Of a stretch of DNA of 64,000 nt, positions 46,006-57,108 are shown one piece after another (position 1 is the stretch's first letter; every line of letters begins with the position of its first letter). The translations under genes and the position numbers were made by a program. The notes beneath the pieces were generated by a model. That model had not been told where the DNA came from, did no database searches, and saw only the letters and a program-made list of their open reading frames with translations. Source of the DNA: an uncultured virus (IMG/VR IMGVR_UViG_3300027832_000007) (taxonomy: Duplodnaviria; Heunggongvirae; Uroviricota; Caudoviricetes); the IMG/VR virus record IMGVR_UViG_3300027832_000007. One strand, 5' to 3'.

Positions 46006-47274
46006 ATGAGAAAATTAAAAGTATTAGTAGTTCCTAGTGATAGAACTGGAGTAGGTTATTTCCGTTCAACAAGCCCACATCTAGCGTTAGAAGCTAACTA
46101 CCCTAACGAATTCCACGTTGATATAGACCATGAACCAAATTTAGATGATGAAGAATGGTTAAGACAATACGATATTGTTCATTACCACAGAACTCTAGGT
46201 CATTACGATAACATGCAATTAGTTATTGATAAACTTAACCGTCTAGGTATTGTTTCTATTATGGATTTGGACGATTATTGGTCACCAGGCGAACACCATC
46301 CAGTATACCATTTAATTAAACAAGCTGGCATCGATAAAATGATATTAAATAATATTAAGATAGCTGAAAATGTTACAACAACTACATCTATATTTGCTGA
46401 AGAAATTGCTAAATTTAACAAGAATGTTTTTGTTCTTGCAAACGCAATAGACCCAAAAGAAAAACAATATATACCTAATTTAGAACCTTCAAATAGAGTT
46501 CGTATTGGATGGCTAGGTGGTTCTTCACATTTACATGATTTAAAAATATTAAACGGTGTAGTTGGTAAATTAAGAATTGAAGGCTTACTGGATAAAGTAC
46601 AATTTGTTTTATGTGGTTTTGATATTAGAGGTTCGCATACTGAAATTGATAATGTAACTGGTGAACAGAAAACTAGGACCATTAAACCAACCGAAAGCGT
46701 TTGGTTTCAATATGAAAAGATATTTACAGATGATTATAAAACTGTAAGTCCAGAATATAAAGATTTTTTAATGAGATTTTCACCTAATGAAGAATATAAA
46801 GATATTGCTAATGAAGCTTATAGGCGTGTTTGGACAAAACCAATATCATCATATGCTACAAACTATAATTTGTTTGATATCTGTTTAGCACCGATTGAAG
46901 ATAATATCTTCAATAAAGTTAAATCACAATTAAAAGTAATTGAGGCTGGTTTTCACCGTAAAGCTATTATTGCTCAAGATTCTGGACCATATCAAATTGA
47001 TATTAAAAATGCCATTCAATATGGTGGTGGTTTTGATTTAACGGCTAATGGGATTCTCATAGATTCAAATAAAAATAAAAAAGATTGGTATACTGCTATT
47101 AAGAAATTAATTCAAAATCCAGATGTTGTTAAAACATTACAAGATAATCTTCACGAAACAATTAAAGATACGTATTCTATGGATAAAGTTACTGAAGAAA
47201 GAAGAAAACTATATTTAGATTTAATTGTTTCGAAAAAAAACAAAGTAGATATTTTAGAACAAAACACGATTTAA
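46006..47274 (+). CDS. GT-B (family 4-like) glycosyltransferase
   Basis: GVGYFR, MDLDDYW, RIGWLGGSSH..DL and FDICLAPI...FN..KSQLKVIEAG. Start likely MRKLKVLV. Confidence 0.85.
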   Translation: MRKLKVLVVPSDRTGVGYFRSTSPHLALEANYPNEFHVDIDHEPNLDDEEWLRQYDIVHYHRTLGHYDNMQLVIDKLNRLGIVSIMDLDDYWSPGEHHPVYHLIKQAGIDKMILNNIKIAENVTTTTSIFAEEIAKFNKNVFVLANAIDPKEKQYIPNLEPSNRVRIGWLGGSSHLHDLKILNGVVGKLRIEGLLDKVQFVLCGFDIRGSHTEIDNVTGEQKTRTIKPTESVWFQYEKIFTDDYKTVSPEYKDFLMRFSPNEEYKDIANEAYRRVWTKPISSYATNYNLFDICLAPIEDNIFNKVKSQLKVIEAGFHRKAIIAQDSGPYQIDIKNAIQYGGGFDLTANGILIDSNKNKKDWYTAIKKLIQNPDVVKTLQDNLHETIKDTYSMDKVTEERRKLYLDLIVSKKNKVDILEQNTI

Positions 47275-47310
47275 TTTTATAAAAATATTGTTTTTATAGT
47301 TTATAGTTAG

Positions 47311-47318
47311 TATATTTG
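47311..47318 (+). promoter_or_regulatory. Bacteroidota-type -7 box TATATTTG
   Basis: Upstream of the HD and dUTPase genes; a second copy at 48517-48524 precedes the GT2/GT4 gene. Confidence 0.55.
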
Positions 47319-47349
47319 TATGAATAACAAAATTATAAATTATAATATT

Positions 47350-47907
47350 ATGTCTTTAGAAAGAGTAAAAATAGTGTCTAACTCAAAAAAGTATTTTGAC
47401 ACTGCAAATAAGTTAGGTTTTATGACCGAAGAATTAATAACGTTCTTAGGTGAACCATTTATTACGGCACCAGCCTCGACAATGACAGACTTACACAACG
47501 CATTTGAAGGTGGTCTAATCGACCATCTTCTAAGAGTTGGTTCTTATGCTGTTAAATTTAATAACGCATTACCAGAAGAAGAACAAGTTAACCAAACTTC
47601 ATTACTTAAAGTTTGTCTTTTACACCAAATCGGTAAAGCTCATCTTTACATACCTTGCATGTCTGAATGGCATAGAAAAAACCAAGGTAAAATGTATGAA
47701 TTTAATTCTAATATTTCTTCTATGAGAGTAGGTGAAAGAAGTGTATACTATGCATTATCTAATGGGATTAAATTAAATGATGAGGAATTCACAGCTATTT
47801 TAAATCATGACAAACTAGATGATAAAATGTCTACTTTCCACAATTCAACTATTGGTGATTTGTTAAAAAGTGCCATTGTATTTTCAATAAAAAATGAAAA
47901 AAAATAA
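47350..47907 (+). CDS. YhaM-like HD-domain protein with HD changed to HQ
   Basis: APAS...HNAFEGGLIDHLLRV...CLLHQIGK...AILNHD. Start likely MSLERVK. Confidence 0.7.
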   Translation: MSLERVKIVSNSKKYFDTANKLGFMTEELITFLGEPFITAPASTMTDLHNAFEGGLIDHLLRVGSYAVKFNNALPEEEQVNQTSLLKVCLLHQIGKAHLYIPCMSEWHRKNQGKMYEFNSNISSMRVGERSVYYALSNGIKLNDEEFTAILNHDKLDDKMSTFHNSTIGDLLKSAIVFSIKNEKK

Positions 47908-47913
47908 GAAATA

Positions 47914-48492
47914 ATGGATATATACGAAAGAATGAAATCTAGGATTTTAGATGTTGCTGATTTATCACATCCTTACACACAAGAAGATTTTGATACGGAG
48001 TTTAATAATATAAATGAAATTACAACTGATTTAGATTATTATAAAAGTAAAATTAATTTTAAAAATGATTCAACAAATGAAGACCCTAAGTACGCAACAA
48101 ATGGTTCTTCTGGTTTTGATTTAAGAGCTAATTTAGAATCAGATATTTTAATCGAATCTGGACACCGATGTATCATACCTACTGGTTTATATTTTGAGAT
48201 TCCACAAAATACTGAGATTCAAATTAGGTCTAGAAGTGGTTTAGCTGCAAAAAATGGTGTTGTTGTGTTAAATTCACCTGGCACAATCGACGCAGATTAT
48301 CGTGGTGAGATTAAAGTAATTTTAATAAACCATAATAATAGCGATTTTGTAGTCAAACATGGTGATAGAATAGCTCAAGCTGTTGTCGCTTCAGTTATTG
48401 CTAATAATCATGTAAAATTAAATAAAGTAGATACTATAGATGAAAACACCGAGCGTGGTTCTGGAGGTTTTGGTTCAACTGGTATATTATAA
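47914..48492 (+). CDS. dut: Trimeric dUTPase with N-terminal extension
   Basis: SGFDL, RSRSGLA, GTIDADYRGE, GDRIAQ and RGSGGFGSTG. Confidence 0.95.
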   Translation: MDIYERMKSRILDVADLSHPYTQEDFDTEFNNINEITTDLDYYKSKINFKNDSTNEDPKYATNGSSGFDLRANLESDILIESGHRCIIPTGLYFEIPQNTEIQIRSRSGLAAKNGVVVLNSPGTIDADYRGEIKVILINHNNSDFVVKHGDRIAQAVVASVIANNHVKLNKVDTIDENTERGSGGFGSTGIL

Positions 48493-48528
48493 CTTTATTA
48501 TTTATTTATTTAAGAGTATATTTGTATC

Positions 48529-50202
48529 ATGGAAAGAAATATAATAAACGGTATAACTGTTGTTTGTTCATCACAACACGATTTAAAATCACATGAAGAA
48601 CACATTAAAAAAACTTCTGGTCTACATAATAAAATAGAATTTTTAGGGTATAAAAATAATGGTGAATTTTCATTAACTGAAATATACAATAAGGGACTAT
48701 CTAAAGCTTCTAATGATATTGTTGTTTTTTTACATCATGACTTAACTATTGAGACTAAACAATGGGGTAAAAAACTATTAAAAACATTTGAGAAGAATCC
48801 TCAATATGGTATTTTAGGTGTTGCTGGTACTAAATACATGTCAGAAAATGGTCAATGGTGGTCTAAAACTAAGAAAATGTATGGGCGTGTTGCGCATACA
48901 CACGAAGGTAAAACTTGGTTATCTACTTATTCAGATGATTTAGGGCAATCTATTGAAGAAACTGTGGTTGTTGATGGACTTTTCTTTGCTGTTGATAAAA
49001 CTAAAATTAAGAGTGATTTCAATAAAGATGTTAAAGGTTTTCATTTCTATGATGTAACATTTTGTTTTGAAAACTATATTAAAGGTGTTAAAATAGGTGT
49101 TATTACCTCCATTAGAATAAATCATAAATCTATTGGTATTACAAATGAGCAATGGGAGACTAATAGAATTCAATTTTCTGAAACATTTAAAGATAAATTA
49201 CCAGTATCTATAAAAAGAGAATTACGTAAAGGTGAAAAATTAAATATACTTATTGGATGTTTAAGTTTTGCTAATTATACTGGTTCTGAACTATATGTAT
49301 TCGAATTAGCTAAACAATTAATTAAAGATAATTGTAATGTTAGTATATGTTCAAATATTGGTGAACCATTACTATCAGCTGCAAATAAATTAGGTGTTAA
49401 AATGTATTCACTACAAGAACCACCTAGTTATAAATTAGGTGATGGTAAGACTAGCATCAACACTCCTAACGGTCCAGTAGTTACTCAAGAAGGTTCACTA
49501 TATAAAATAAATAATATAGATTTCGATGTGATACATGTAAATCACAAACCAGTTACTGAGCATCTTTTAAGAATGTTTCCAGACACACCAATGATTTCTT
49601 CTATTCATTCTGAAGTTATTAGTTTAGAAGAGCCAGTCTTATCAACACAAATAAAGAAATATATAGCAATACGTCCAGAAATAAAGGAATATATTGTCAA
49701 TAAATTCGGTGTGGAATCAGATGATGTTTCAGTTATTTATAATCCAATAGACGATGAAAAATTTAAACCAGTTATTACACCACCTAGAAAAGGCGGTAAA
49801 CGCATCTTATTTGTGGGTACTATAGATTACCTAAGAAAACAAACGATTCAAGAACTAATAACCGTTACTAAAACAGAAGGTAATGAATTATGGATTGTTG
49901 GTAGTAAAAATGAAACTTATTTAGATGAAATGATTGAAGGTCAACAACATGTTAAATACTATGAACCAACTCCAAATGTTGAGAAGTATATTCAACAATG
50001 TGATGAGACTGCTGGGATATTATTGGGTAGAACAACAATAGAAGGATGGATGTGTGGTAAAAAAGGATGGATATATGATATTGATTCTTATGGTAATATT
50101 TTATCTAAAGATTTACATGATATACCTTCTGACATTGATAAATTTAAAAGTGGTAATATTGCTAAAGAGATAATTGATGAATATAAATTAATAATTGAAT
50201 AA
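48529..50202 (+). CDS. Fused GT2-like + GT4-like glycosyltransferase
   Basis: N-terminal YNKG...VFLHHD...VDGLF...FHFYD. C-terminal TGSELY..ELA...VIYNPID...LFVGT...GRTTIEG. Confidence 0.8.
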   Translation: MERNIINGITVVCSSQHDLKSHEEHIKKTSGLHNKIEFLGYKNNGEFSLTEIYNKGLSKASNDIVVFLHHDLTIETKQWGKKLLKTFEKNPQYGILGVAGTKYMSENGQWWSKTKKMYGRVAHTHEGKTWLSTYSDDLGQSIEETVVVDGLFFAVDKTKIKSDFNKDVKGFHFYDVTFCFENYIKGVKIGVITSIRINHKSIGITNEQWETNRIQFSETFKDKLPVSIKRELRKGEKLNILIGCLSFANYTGSELYVFELAKQLIKDNCNVSICSNIGEPLLSAANKLGVKMYSLQEPPSYKLGDGKTSINTPNGPVVTQEGSLYKINNIDFDVIHVNHKPVTEHLLRMFPDTPMISSIHSEVISLEEPVLSTQIKKYIAIRPEIKEYIVNKFGVESDDVSVIYNPIDDEKFKPVITPPRKGGKRILFVGTIDYLRKQTIQELITVTKTEGNELWIVGSKNETYLDEMIEGQQHVKYYEPTPNVEKYIQQCDETAGILLGRTTIEGWMCGKKGWIYDIDSYGNILSKDLHDIPSDIDKFKSGNIAKEIIDEYKLIIE

Positions 50203-51152
50203 TGAATTTACTTAAATGGTTTAATAAAAAGATGGCTATTTTAACGTTAGCTATGGCTAGTGTTGAAAAAAACACATTATCACAATTAGGTGATACAACT
50301 CAAGCTACTACTAATAAAATACAAAGAAATAATCAAGGTACTTTGGCCGATTCACTTAAACAAGGTGAGATTACTCAAGAGGTTTTAGATATGCGTTGGA
50401 GAACATATAAAGTTCTTAGAGAAGGTGATAATTTATCTTCAAAAATTGTTGGTTACGATGAAAATGGTATGCCAATAGTTAAAACAATTAAAAAGGATAA
50501 AAAATCTGGGTTAACTAAAGTTAAAATGGATAGTGAAGATTCATACCCTTTAGAGATGCTTTTAGATAATACTGAAATAGTTACAAGTGGTAATAATGCT
50601 ATGGATAATGAATATATTAGTATATTTGATGAAATAGAGAAAAAACAAAACGAAGAAGGTGATGATGTAGCTAGTCATGGTAAGATTAGTTCAAGCGAAT
50701 TCTTCGCAACAAATAAAACTGAAAAACCAATCATTATCCAACGAGATTTTATACCAAAATTCGAAATAGAAAACTATACCAAAAAATTAAATATACGTAA
50801 AATAGATGACTCTAAAAGACTTTTAGAGTTTTATGTTAGTGTTTATCCAGATGAGTATAATAGAACGTCTAGACTCTTTATTAGTGAGGTTAAGAAAGCT
50901 ATTGTTGACCCAAGTAAAATAGATATGTTAACATTTTCTAAAGTTAATTTTGTTACGTATAAGACTATGGGTGCTAATGATTTCTTAGAGTATCAATATG
51001 GAAATATTGAATTTGATAAGATTGTAGAATTTAATGGTCATTATGTTATTAAATTCATTTCTAATATTGTTATAGATGGTGAAGATACTTTGGAGAAGTT
51101 TCGTCAAAATGGTTTAGATAAAAAATATGTGAATAAAGAAGAAAAAAAATGA
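50202..51152 (+). CDS. Hypothetical protein
   Basis: 316 aa, translationally coupled to neighbours, no recognisable motif. Confidence 0.65.
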   Translation: MNLLKWFNKKMAILTLAMASVEKNTLSQLGDTTQATTNKIQRNNQGTLADSLKQGEITQEVLDMRWRTYKVLREGDNLSSKIVGYDENGMPIVKTIKKDKKSGLTKVKMDSEDSYPLEMLLDNTEIVTSGNNAMDNEYISIFDEIEKKQNEEGDDVASHGKISSSEFFATNKTEKPIIIQRDFIPKFEIENYTKKLNIRKIDDSKRLLEFYVSVYPDEYNRTSRLFISEVKKAIVDPSKIDMLTFSKVNFVTYKTMGANDFLEYQYGNIEFDKIVEFNGHYVIKFISNIVIDGEDTLEKFRQNGLDKKYVNKEEKK

Positions 51153-51808
51153 ATTTAGTAATTAAATTTCCAACTAGGAATAGACCACATAAATTTTTAA
51201 CAGTATTAAATAAGTATATTTCTAAACTAGATGATAAAAATACTAGAATAATTGTTAGTTGTGATATTGATGATGAGACAATGAATAATGATAATATGAA
51301 AGAAATCATATCAGAATATCATACTGTCACATTAAATTTCACGGATAATAAATCAAAAATTGCTGCTATAAATGCGGATTTAGAAGGTGTAGATTTTGAT
51401 ATATTATTATTAGCTTCTGATGATATGATTCCACAAGTTAAAGGTTATGACTCTATCATCAAAGAAAAGATGGTGACGTTATATCCAGACACAGATGGTG
51501 TATTGTGGTTCAACGATGGTTACCAAGGAAATAAATTAAACACTTTATCAATTTTAGGTAAAAAATATTATGATAGGTTCAATTATATTTATAACCCAGA
51601 ATATATTTCAGTTTGGTGTGATAACGAATTTATGGATGTTGCGAATATATTGGGAAAACAAACTTATATTAATGATGTAATAATTAAACACGAACACCCA
51701 GATTGGGGTCATGGTGATAGAGATGTTATTCACGGACTTAATTCAAAACATGAAACACACGATAGAACTCTTTACAATAATAGAAAACTTATTAAATTTG
51801 AAATATGA
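51149..51808 (+). CDS. GT2-like glycosyltransferase
   Basis: FPTRNRP, ASDDMIP and YISVWCDNE. Confidence 0.75.
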   Translation: MNLVIKFPTRNRPHKFLTVLNKYISKLDDKNTRIIVSCDIDDETMNNDNMKEIISEYHTVTLNFTDNKSKIAAINADLEGVDFDILLLASDDMIPQVKGYDSIIKEKMVTLYPDTDGVLWFNDGYQGNKLNTLSILGKKYYDRFNYIYNPEYISVWCDNEFMDVANILGKQTYINDVIIKHEHPDWGHGDRDVIHGLNSKHETHDRTLYNNRKLIKFEI

Positions 51809-52635
51809 AAGTAGCCTTTAATACAATGTTTAAAAATGAATCTAGATTATTAGATGTAGTTTTACCAATATGGTCCAAATATAAAGTTGATTTATTTGTT
51901 TTTTACGATGATAATTCAACTGATAATTCTATTGAAATAATAGCAAAACATTTAGATAAAAGTAGATATGTCATTTTTAATGATAAATTAGAATCTTTTA
52001 ATGAAGGGTACCAAAGACAAAAAATGATTGATGAAAGTATTCAATTAGATATGGATATATTACTATGTATTGATGTCGATGAATTACTTACATCAACAAT
52101 TGTAAACGACTGGGACAACTTCTTAGAAGTTTATAAAACACATGATATGGAATTATTTTGGTATAATAGTGTTAATGATTCGTTAGAAAATTATAGAAAT
52201 GACCCAGCATATAATAGTAATTATAGAACATTTGTTTTACCAGTGACAGATATTGGTAGATTGAACACTTCAAACTATAAATATCACTCACCCAGAACAC
52301 CTTTTGTTAATTTACCTAAAACACGAAGTAAACATTATGGAGTTATTCACTTACAAGCTATTAGTACTAGATATTATGTAATAAAACAATTATGGTATAA
52401 ACACCATGAATTTGTTAATTATGGTCATAGTGTTGAATTTATTAATGAAAGATATGACCCAGTTATTAATGGGTTAAATTTCAATCAAGCTAAAATTAGT
52501 GAAGAAATGATTGATGGGATAACTATCGATTTATCTGTTTTTGATAAATTAGAAGAAGAAAAAGGTTATTTAACATTCATTAAAGAAAATTATAATGAGG
52601 AGCTTATTACGTTTGGTAATGAATTTTTATTATGA
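51805..52635 (+). CDS. GT2-like glycosyltransferase
   Basis: MFKNE, DDNSTDNS and IDVDE. Confidence 0.75.
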   Translation: MKVAFNTMFKNESRLLDVVLPIWSKYKVDLFVFYDDNSTDNSIEIIAKHLDKSRYVIFNDKLESFNEGYQRQKMIDESIQLDMDILLCIDVDELLTSTIVNDWDNFLEVYKTHDMELFWYNSVNDSLENYRNDPAYNSNYRTFVLPVTDIGRLNTSNYKYHSPRTPFVNLPKTRSKHYGVIHLQAISTRYYVIKQLWYKHHEFVNYGHSVEFINERYDPVINGLNFNQAKISEEMIDGITIDLSVFDKLEEEKGYLTFIKENYNEELITFGNEFLL

Positions 52636-53375
52636 GCTTAACTATTGGAATAACGACCTTTTCGAAAAGATTTGATTTAGTTAGTAAACTAATTAACCAA
52701 ATTAGGGAAATTAATAAAACTGATAAAATTTTACTATGTATAAATGGTGAGAAAGATGGTAATTTTAATGAAGAATATAGAGAAAATATATTAAATCTAT
52801 GTGTTAAGTATAATGATGTTTTCCCAATATTTTTTATTGAAATGAGAGGATTAAGTAAAATGTGGAATACACTAGTAGTAAACTCAGATAAAGAAAATAT
52901 TTTATTATTAAATGATGACTTAGAGATATATGAACCTACAATTTTTGAGCAAATAAAAACTCACATGAACTCTGCTGATTATAATGGGTTTACTAGAATA
53001 AATAATTCTTTTTCTCATTTTTTAATTGATAAAAATGTTATTGATGATTTAGGTTATTTTGATGAGAGATTATTAGGTTTTGGTGAAGAAGATGGGGATA
53101 TATATTATAGATGTATAAAAAAAAATGTTAAAATAACTGATACAAACATTATAGGTTTTAATAACTTAATATCAAATATACGACATGATGAAGTTAAAAA
53201 TGGTATTGGTAAATATTCTAAATTTAACAGAGATTTTATTTATGAATACAAATACTTACCAGACCAAACAAGCCCATTTAAAGGTATGTTCGATAGTCCA
53301 ATGAAACAATTAATTGAAGACGTTAAATTATACCCATATGAAACGTTCTTTAAAGAAAATAAAAATAATCTATAA
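52632..53375 (+). CDS. GT2-like glycosyltransferase
   Basis: GLSKMWN, LLNDD and GYFDERL.G.GEEDGD. Confidence 0.8.
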   Translation: MSLTIGITTFSKRFDLVSKLINQIREINKTDKILLCINGEKDGNFNEEYRENILNLCVKYNDVFPIFFIEMRGLSKMWNTLVVNSDKENILLLNDDLEIYEPTIFEQIKTHMNSADYNGFTRINNSFSHFLIDKNVIDDLGYFDERLLGFGEEDGDIYYRCIKKNVKITDTNIIGFNNLISNIRHDEVKNGIGKYSKFNRDFIYEYKYLPDQTSPFKGMFDSPMKQLIEDVKLYPYETFFKENKNNL

Positions 53376-54601
53376 TGTATATTAATGGGTTAAGTGGTGA
53401 TATAACAATTAATTTATTTAAAACTGATGAAAATAAACGTGAAATAAATGTTCACGTATTAAAAAGCGTAAGACCAATTGGTGATTCTTTATTCTACCCA
53501 AATATACTTTTTATAAAATATAATTCAACACCAAAGTTAATAATTAACCCTCTAGATGAAAAAATAATGTCGTTAGAAAAAACAACTAAAAAAACAACTT
53601 TTAGTGACGACAAAATACTTAATTTATCAGAAATTAAACATCACGAAAGTAATCCAGTATTTTTCTTTGTATATAACACTGAAAATTATTTCCATTTTAT
53701 TTATGACACACTACCATACTTAATCTCATATTTTGAAGTTAAAAAGGATAATCCAAAGCTTAAGTTGTTAATGAATTTTCCTAATAAAAATAATGAATTT
53801 TATAAATTTGTTAGTGAGTTATTATTAATTATAGGTATTAAACATGAAGATATTTTAATCATTGATAATAATACAACTTATGAAACTGTGTTTATATCAG
53901 ACTCTTATACACATGGAATCGACTCCAATCTACCACCAAGAGCTGAATTAAAAACTCTATATAAAAATATTGTTAATAAAGTAAAAAATAATACTGATTA
54001 CCCTAAAAATATCTATGTATCTAGAAGAAGTTGGGTACATGGTGATATGTCTAACATAGGTACAAACTACACTACTAGACGTAAACTAGTAAATGAAGAT
54101 GAATTAGTTTTATTATTAAAAAAACACGATTTTGTTGAGGTTTTCACTGAAAATATGAGTATGGTTGATAAGATAAATTTATTCGCTAATGCTGAAAATA
54201 TAATAGGACCAATTGGTGGTGGTTTAGTTAATTCAGTTTTTTCTAAAAAAGATTGTAATCTAATTTCAATAATGTCACCAGAATTCATTAATGTAAATAA
54301 AAGGTTTATTTTTTCAATTAATGGTGTAAATTTAAAAACGTTCGAAGATACTAAACATACTGAAAAAACTGATTTTAAATTATATATGCGAGTTGAAGTT
54401 GATAATATTGTGGGTGAGATAATCGATATAACTGGTAATAAATGTAAAATATCGTATAGTGACACTTCTGTTTCTGGTTGGAATAGTGAAAGCAAATACA
54501 AACAAAAAGAATGTTACCTCTCAGATTGTATAAAATTAGATAACGGGTTAAATTCATCATGGGAAATTAATTTAACTAAATTTAAAGAAAAATATTTATG
54601 A
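53375..54601 (+). CDS. GT61/DUF563 glycosyltransferase
   Basis: NYFHFIYD.LP, IYVSRR, RKLVNE and INLFANAE.IIGPIGGGL.N.VF. Confidence 0.8.
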   Translation: MYINGLSGDITINLFKTDENKREINVHVLKSVRPIGDSLFYPNILFIKYNSTPKLIINPLDEKIMSLEKTTKKTTFSDDKILNLSEIKHHESNPVFFFVYNTENYFHFIYDTLPYLISYFEVKKDNPKLKLLMNFPNKNNEFYKFVSELLLIIGIKHEDILIIDNNTTYETVFISDSYTHGIDSNLPPRAELKTLYKNIVNKVKNNTDYPKNIYVSRRSWVHGDMSNIGTNYTTRRKLVNEDELVLLLKKHDFVEVFTENMSMVDKINLFANAENIIGPIGGGLVNSVFSKKDCNLISIMSPEFINVNKRFIFSINGVNLKTFEDTKHTEKTDFKLYMRVEVDNIVGEIIDITGNKCKISYSDTSVSGWNSESKYKQKECYLSDCIKLDNGLNSSWEINLTKFKEKYL

Positions 54602-55407
54602 TTAATTATATAATTTACAGTCACACATCATATTTAGATGTGTTAAATATTCAAAGTGACCATATAGAAAAATATGAAAACACTACATTATTTATTAACA
54701 CTAATAACGATGATAATATTACCCAAATTTATGATAAGTTCAAGCGAGTTATATTTTATAATGATTCACAACCATACGCAAAACGTTTAATTGAATGTAT
54801 TGAACAAATTGATGATAAATATTTTTTACTTATTCACGATATTGATATTTTATTGTCTGTTGATGAAGAAATAATATTGAAATTGTATAATTTCATGGAA
54901 ACTAAATGTGTTGATAGGGTTGATTTAAAACAAGCACCTAATTTGAATACAAATGAAGTAATTAAATTTGGTCACGATACACCAAACGATAAGATGATAC
55001 CAACACTACCTTCTGAGATTATCGATGGTTTATATCTAATTAAACAAGAAATACCAGAGGATTACATTTACAATGTTAACCCATCAATATGGTATAGAGA
55101 ATCTTTTTTAACATTACTTAATATTTTCCCAAATAAAACTTATCGTGATATTGAAGGTATGGATGTTCAAAGATTCTCAACTAATTTATTAATATATAAA
55201 TTATTTACATTAAAACCAATTAAATGTGGTTATTTTGAGTGTTTAGATATATTTAAATTTTTACATATAAGTCATAGCGGAAAATTATTATTACTTAATG
55301 AAAAATATGAAACAGAATATGGTCAATCATATGTAGATGTTAGTGATGAATATATAAATATTATCAATAAGTATAATCTTAAGGTATCAGATAAATGGGT
55401 AAATTAA
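54598..55407 (+). CDS. Putative GT-A-fold glycosyltransferase (paralog of 56320-57108)
   Basis: IYSH, HDIDIL and YIYNVNPSIW. Confidence 0.55.
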   Translation: MINYIIYSHTSYLDVLNIQSDHIEKYENTTLFINTNNDDNITQIYDKFKRVIFYNDSQPYAKRLIECIEQIDDKYFLLIHDIDILLSVDEEIILKLYNFMETKCVDRVDLKQAPNLNTNEVIKFGHDTPNDKMIPTLPSEIIDGLYLIKQEIPEDYIYNVNPSIWYRESFLTLLNIFPNKTYRDIEGMDVQRFSTNLLIYKLFTLKPIKCGYFECLDIFKFLHISHSGKLLLLNEKYETEYGQSYVDVSDEYINIINKYNLKVSDKWVN

Positions 55408-55408
55408 T

Positions 55409-56323
55409 ATGAGTTTAGAAGAAATAAAAAACTGTAAATACATTTCAAGTGTTGGAATGTTAAAAAGATTGGATGAAAATGAAATAATAACATACGATGC
55501 TGCACCAGATAAAATAACCCACAACTTCAATAAGTTATTAAACGGTAAAAACGGTTCAATTATATATGTTAAATTTGCATTTATTAGACAATTTATATAT
55601 CAAGTACTACCAAGTATAAATTATAATTTTATATTAGTAACTGGTGATGGTGATGAATCAATGCCAAATGATATATTTGACCAAAACACGTTTAATTCTA
55701 TAATTAACGATACTAGGGTGATACACTGGTATTCTGTTAATTGTAATGAAGAATTACATATAAAATTTTCGTTAATACCTATTGGTGTTAATTTTCATTC
55801 GTTATCTTATGGTGAATTTTGTGGGTGGAATGAAACAGCTATAACTCCGTTAGAACAAGAAAATATAATTGAAAATATAAAAAATAATTCGTTACCGTTC
55901 TATGAACGCAAAGTAATGTGTTATTCTAATTTTCATTTTTTAATACATAATGAATTTGGAAACCCTAGACAATCAGCTATTGATAATGTACCTAAAGATT
56001 TAGTTTATTATGAGCCAGTATTTAAACCAAGGCTAGAATCTTGGGAAACACAATCAGAATACGCATTTGTACTTTCACCTATGGGTCATGGGATGGATTG
56101 TCACAGAACTTGGGAAGCATTAATTTTAGGTTGTATACCAGTTGTTAAAAAGTCACAATTGGATAGTTTATATGAAGGATTACCAGTATTAATTGTTAAT
56201 GAATGGAGTGATATAACTGAAAAACTTTTATTTGAAACTATCGATAAATTCAAAAATATGGTTTTTGAATATGATAGAATAACTGCCGAATATTGGGTGG
56301 ATAAAATAAAAAATCTTAAATGA
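55409..56323 (+). CDS. Exostosin/GT47-like glycosyltransferase
   Basis: FVLSPMGHGMDCHRTWEALILGCIPVV...LPVLIV.EW. Confidence 0.75.
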   Translation: MSLEEIKNCKYISSVGMLKRLDENEIITYDAAPDKITHNFNKLLNGKNGSIIYVKFAFIRQFIYQVLPSINYNFILVTGDGDESMPNDIFDQNTFNSIINDTRVIHWYSVNCNEELHIKFSLIPIGVNFHSLSYGEFCGWNETAITPLEQENIIENIKNNSLPFYERKVMCYSNFHFLIHNEFGNPRQSAIDNVPKDLVYYEPVFKPRLESWETQSEYAFVLSPMGHGMDCHRTWEALILGCIPVVKKSQLDSLYEGLPVLIVNEWSDITEKLLFETIDKFKNMVFEYDRITAEYWVDKIKNLK

Positions 56324-57108
56324 TAGAATATAAAGTACATAAACACACAACTAAAAATAGTGATGGTATAATAAATTACATGATTTACAGTCATAGTTCA
56401 TTCATAGACATATTGAAAATTCAAATTAATTATATTTCTGGAAATGGTCATTTAACACTATGTATTGATAAAAATAATTTAGATTTAGAATATATATATG
56501 ATAAGTTTGATAATGTAGTGTTTTATGATAGTAACCAAACCTACGGACAAAAATTACTAAGCTGTATAAAACAAGTTGATTATGAATACATTTTGTTAAT
56601 GCATGATATCGATATATTATATGATATTGATAAAACAAAGGTCCTAGAACTTCAGAACTTTTTAATAGAAAATAAATATGATAGAGTTGATTTTCAATTA
56701 GCTTATGATTTTGATAGTACACATTATAACACTATAAATGATGATGAATTATACCTAATCAAATCATCAAATACAGACACTAGAAATAAAGGTTATATCT
56801 ATAACGTAAACCCATCAATATGGAAAAGAAAAACGTTAGAAACGATATTAGATAAGTTTAGTCATTTAGACTATAGAACTATAGAACAAGATAGTGTCCA
56901 AGAATTTTCATCTCAATTCAATATTTTTAAATTATTTTCTAAAGTCAGATATAATTGTGGGTATTTTACATGTTTAGAACCTTTTAAATATTTACATATA
57001 ACACACAGTAGAACATTATTTAATCCTAACACTTTACCACCAGAAGATAGTAAAGATGTTATTGATGAATATAATAAAATAATTAAAAAATATAATTTAG
57101 AAAAATAA
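56320..57108 (+). CDS. Putative GT-A-fold glycosyltransferase (paralog of 54598-55407)
   Basis: IYSH, HDIDIL and YIYNVNPSIW. Confidence 0.55.
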   Translation: MIEYKVHKHTTKNSDGIINYMIYSHSSFIDILKIQINYISGNGHLTLCIDKNNLDLEYIYDKFDNVVFYDSNQTYGQKLLSCIKQVDYEYILLMHDIDILYDIDKTKVLELQNFLIENKYDRVDFQLAYDFDSTHYNTINDDELYLIKSSNTDTRNKGYIYNVNPSIWKRKTLETILDKFSHLDYRTIEQDSVQEFSSQFNIFKLFSKVRYNCGYFTCLEPFKYLHITHSRTLFNPNTLPPEDSKDVIDEYNKIIKKYNLEK

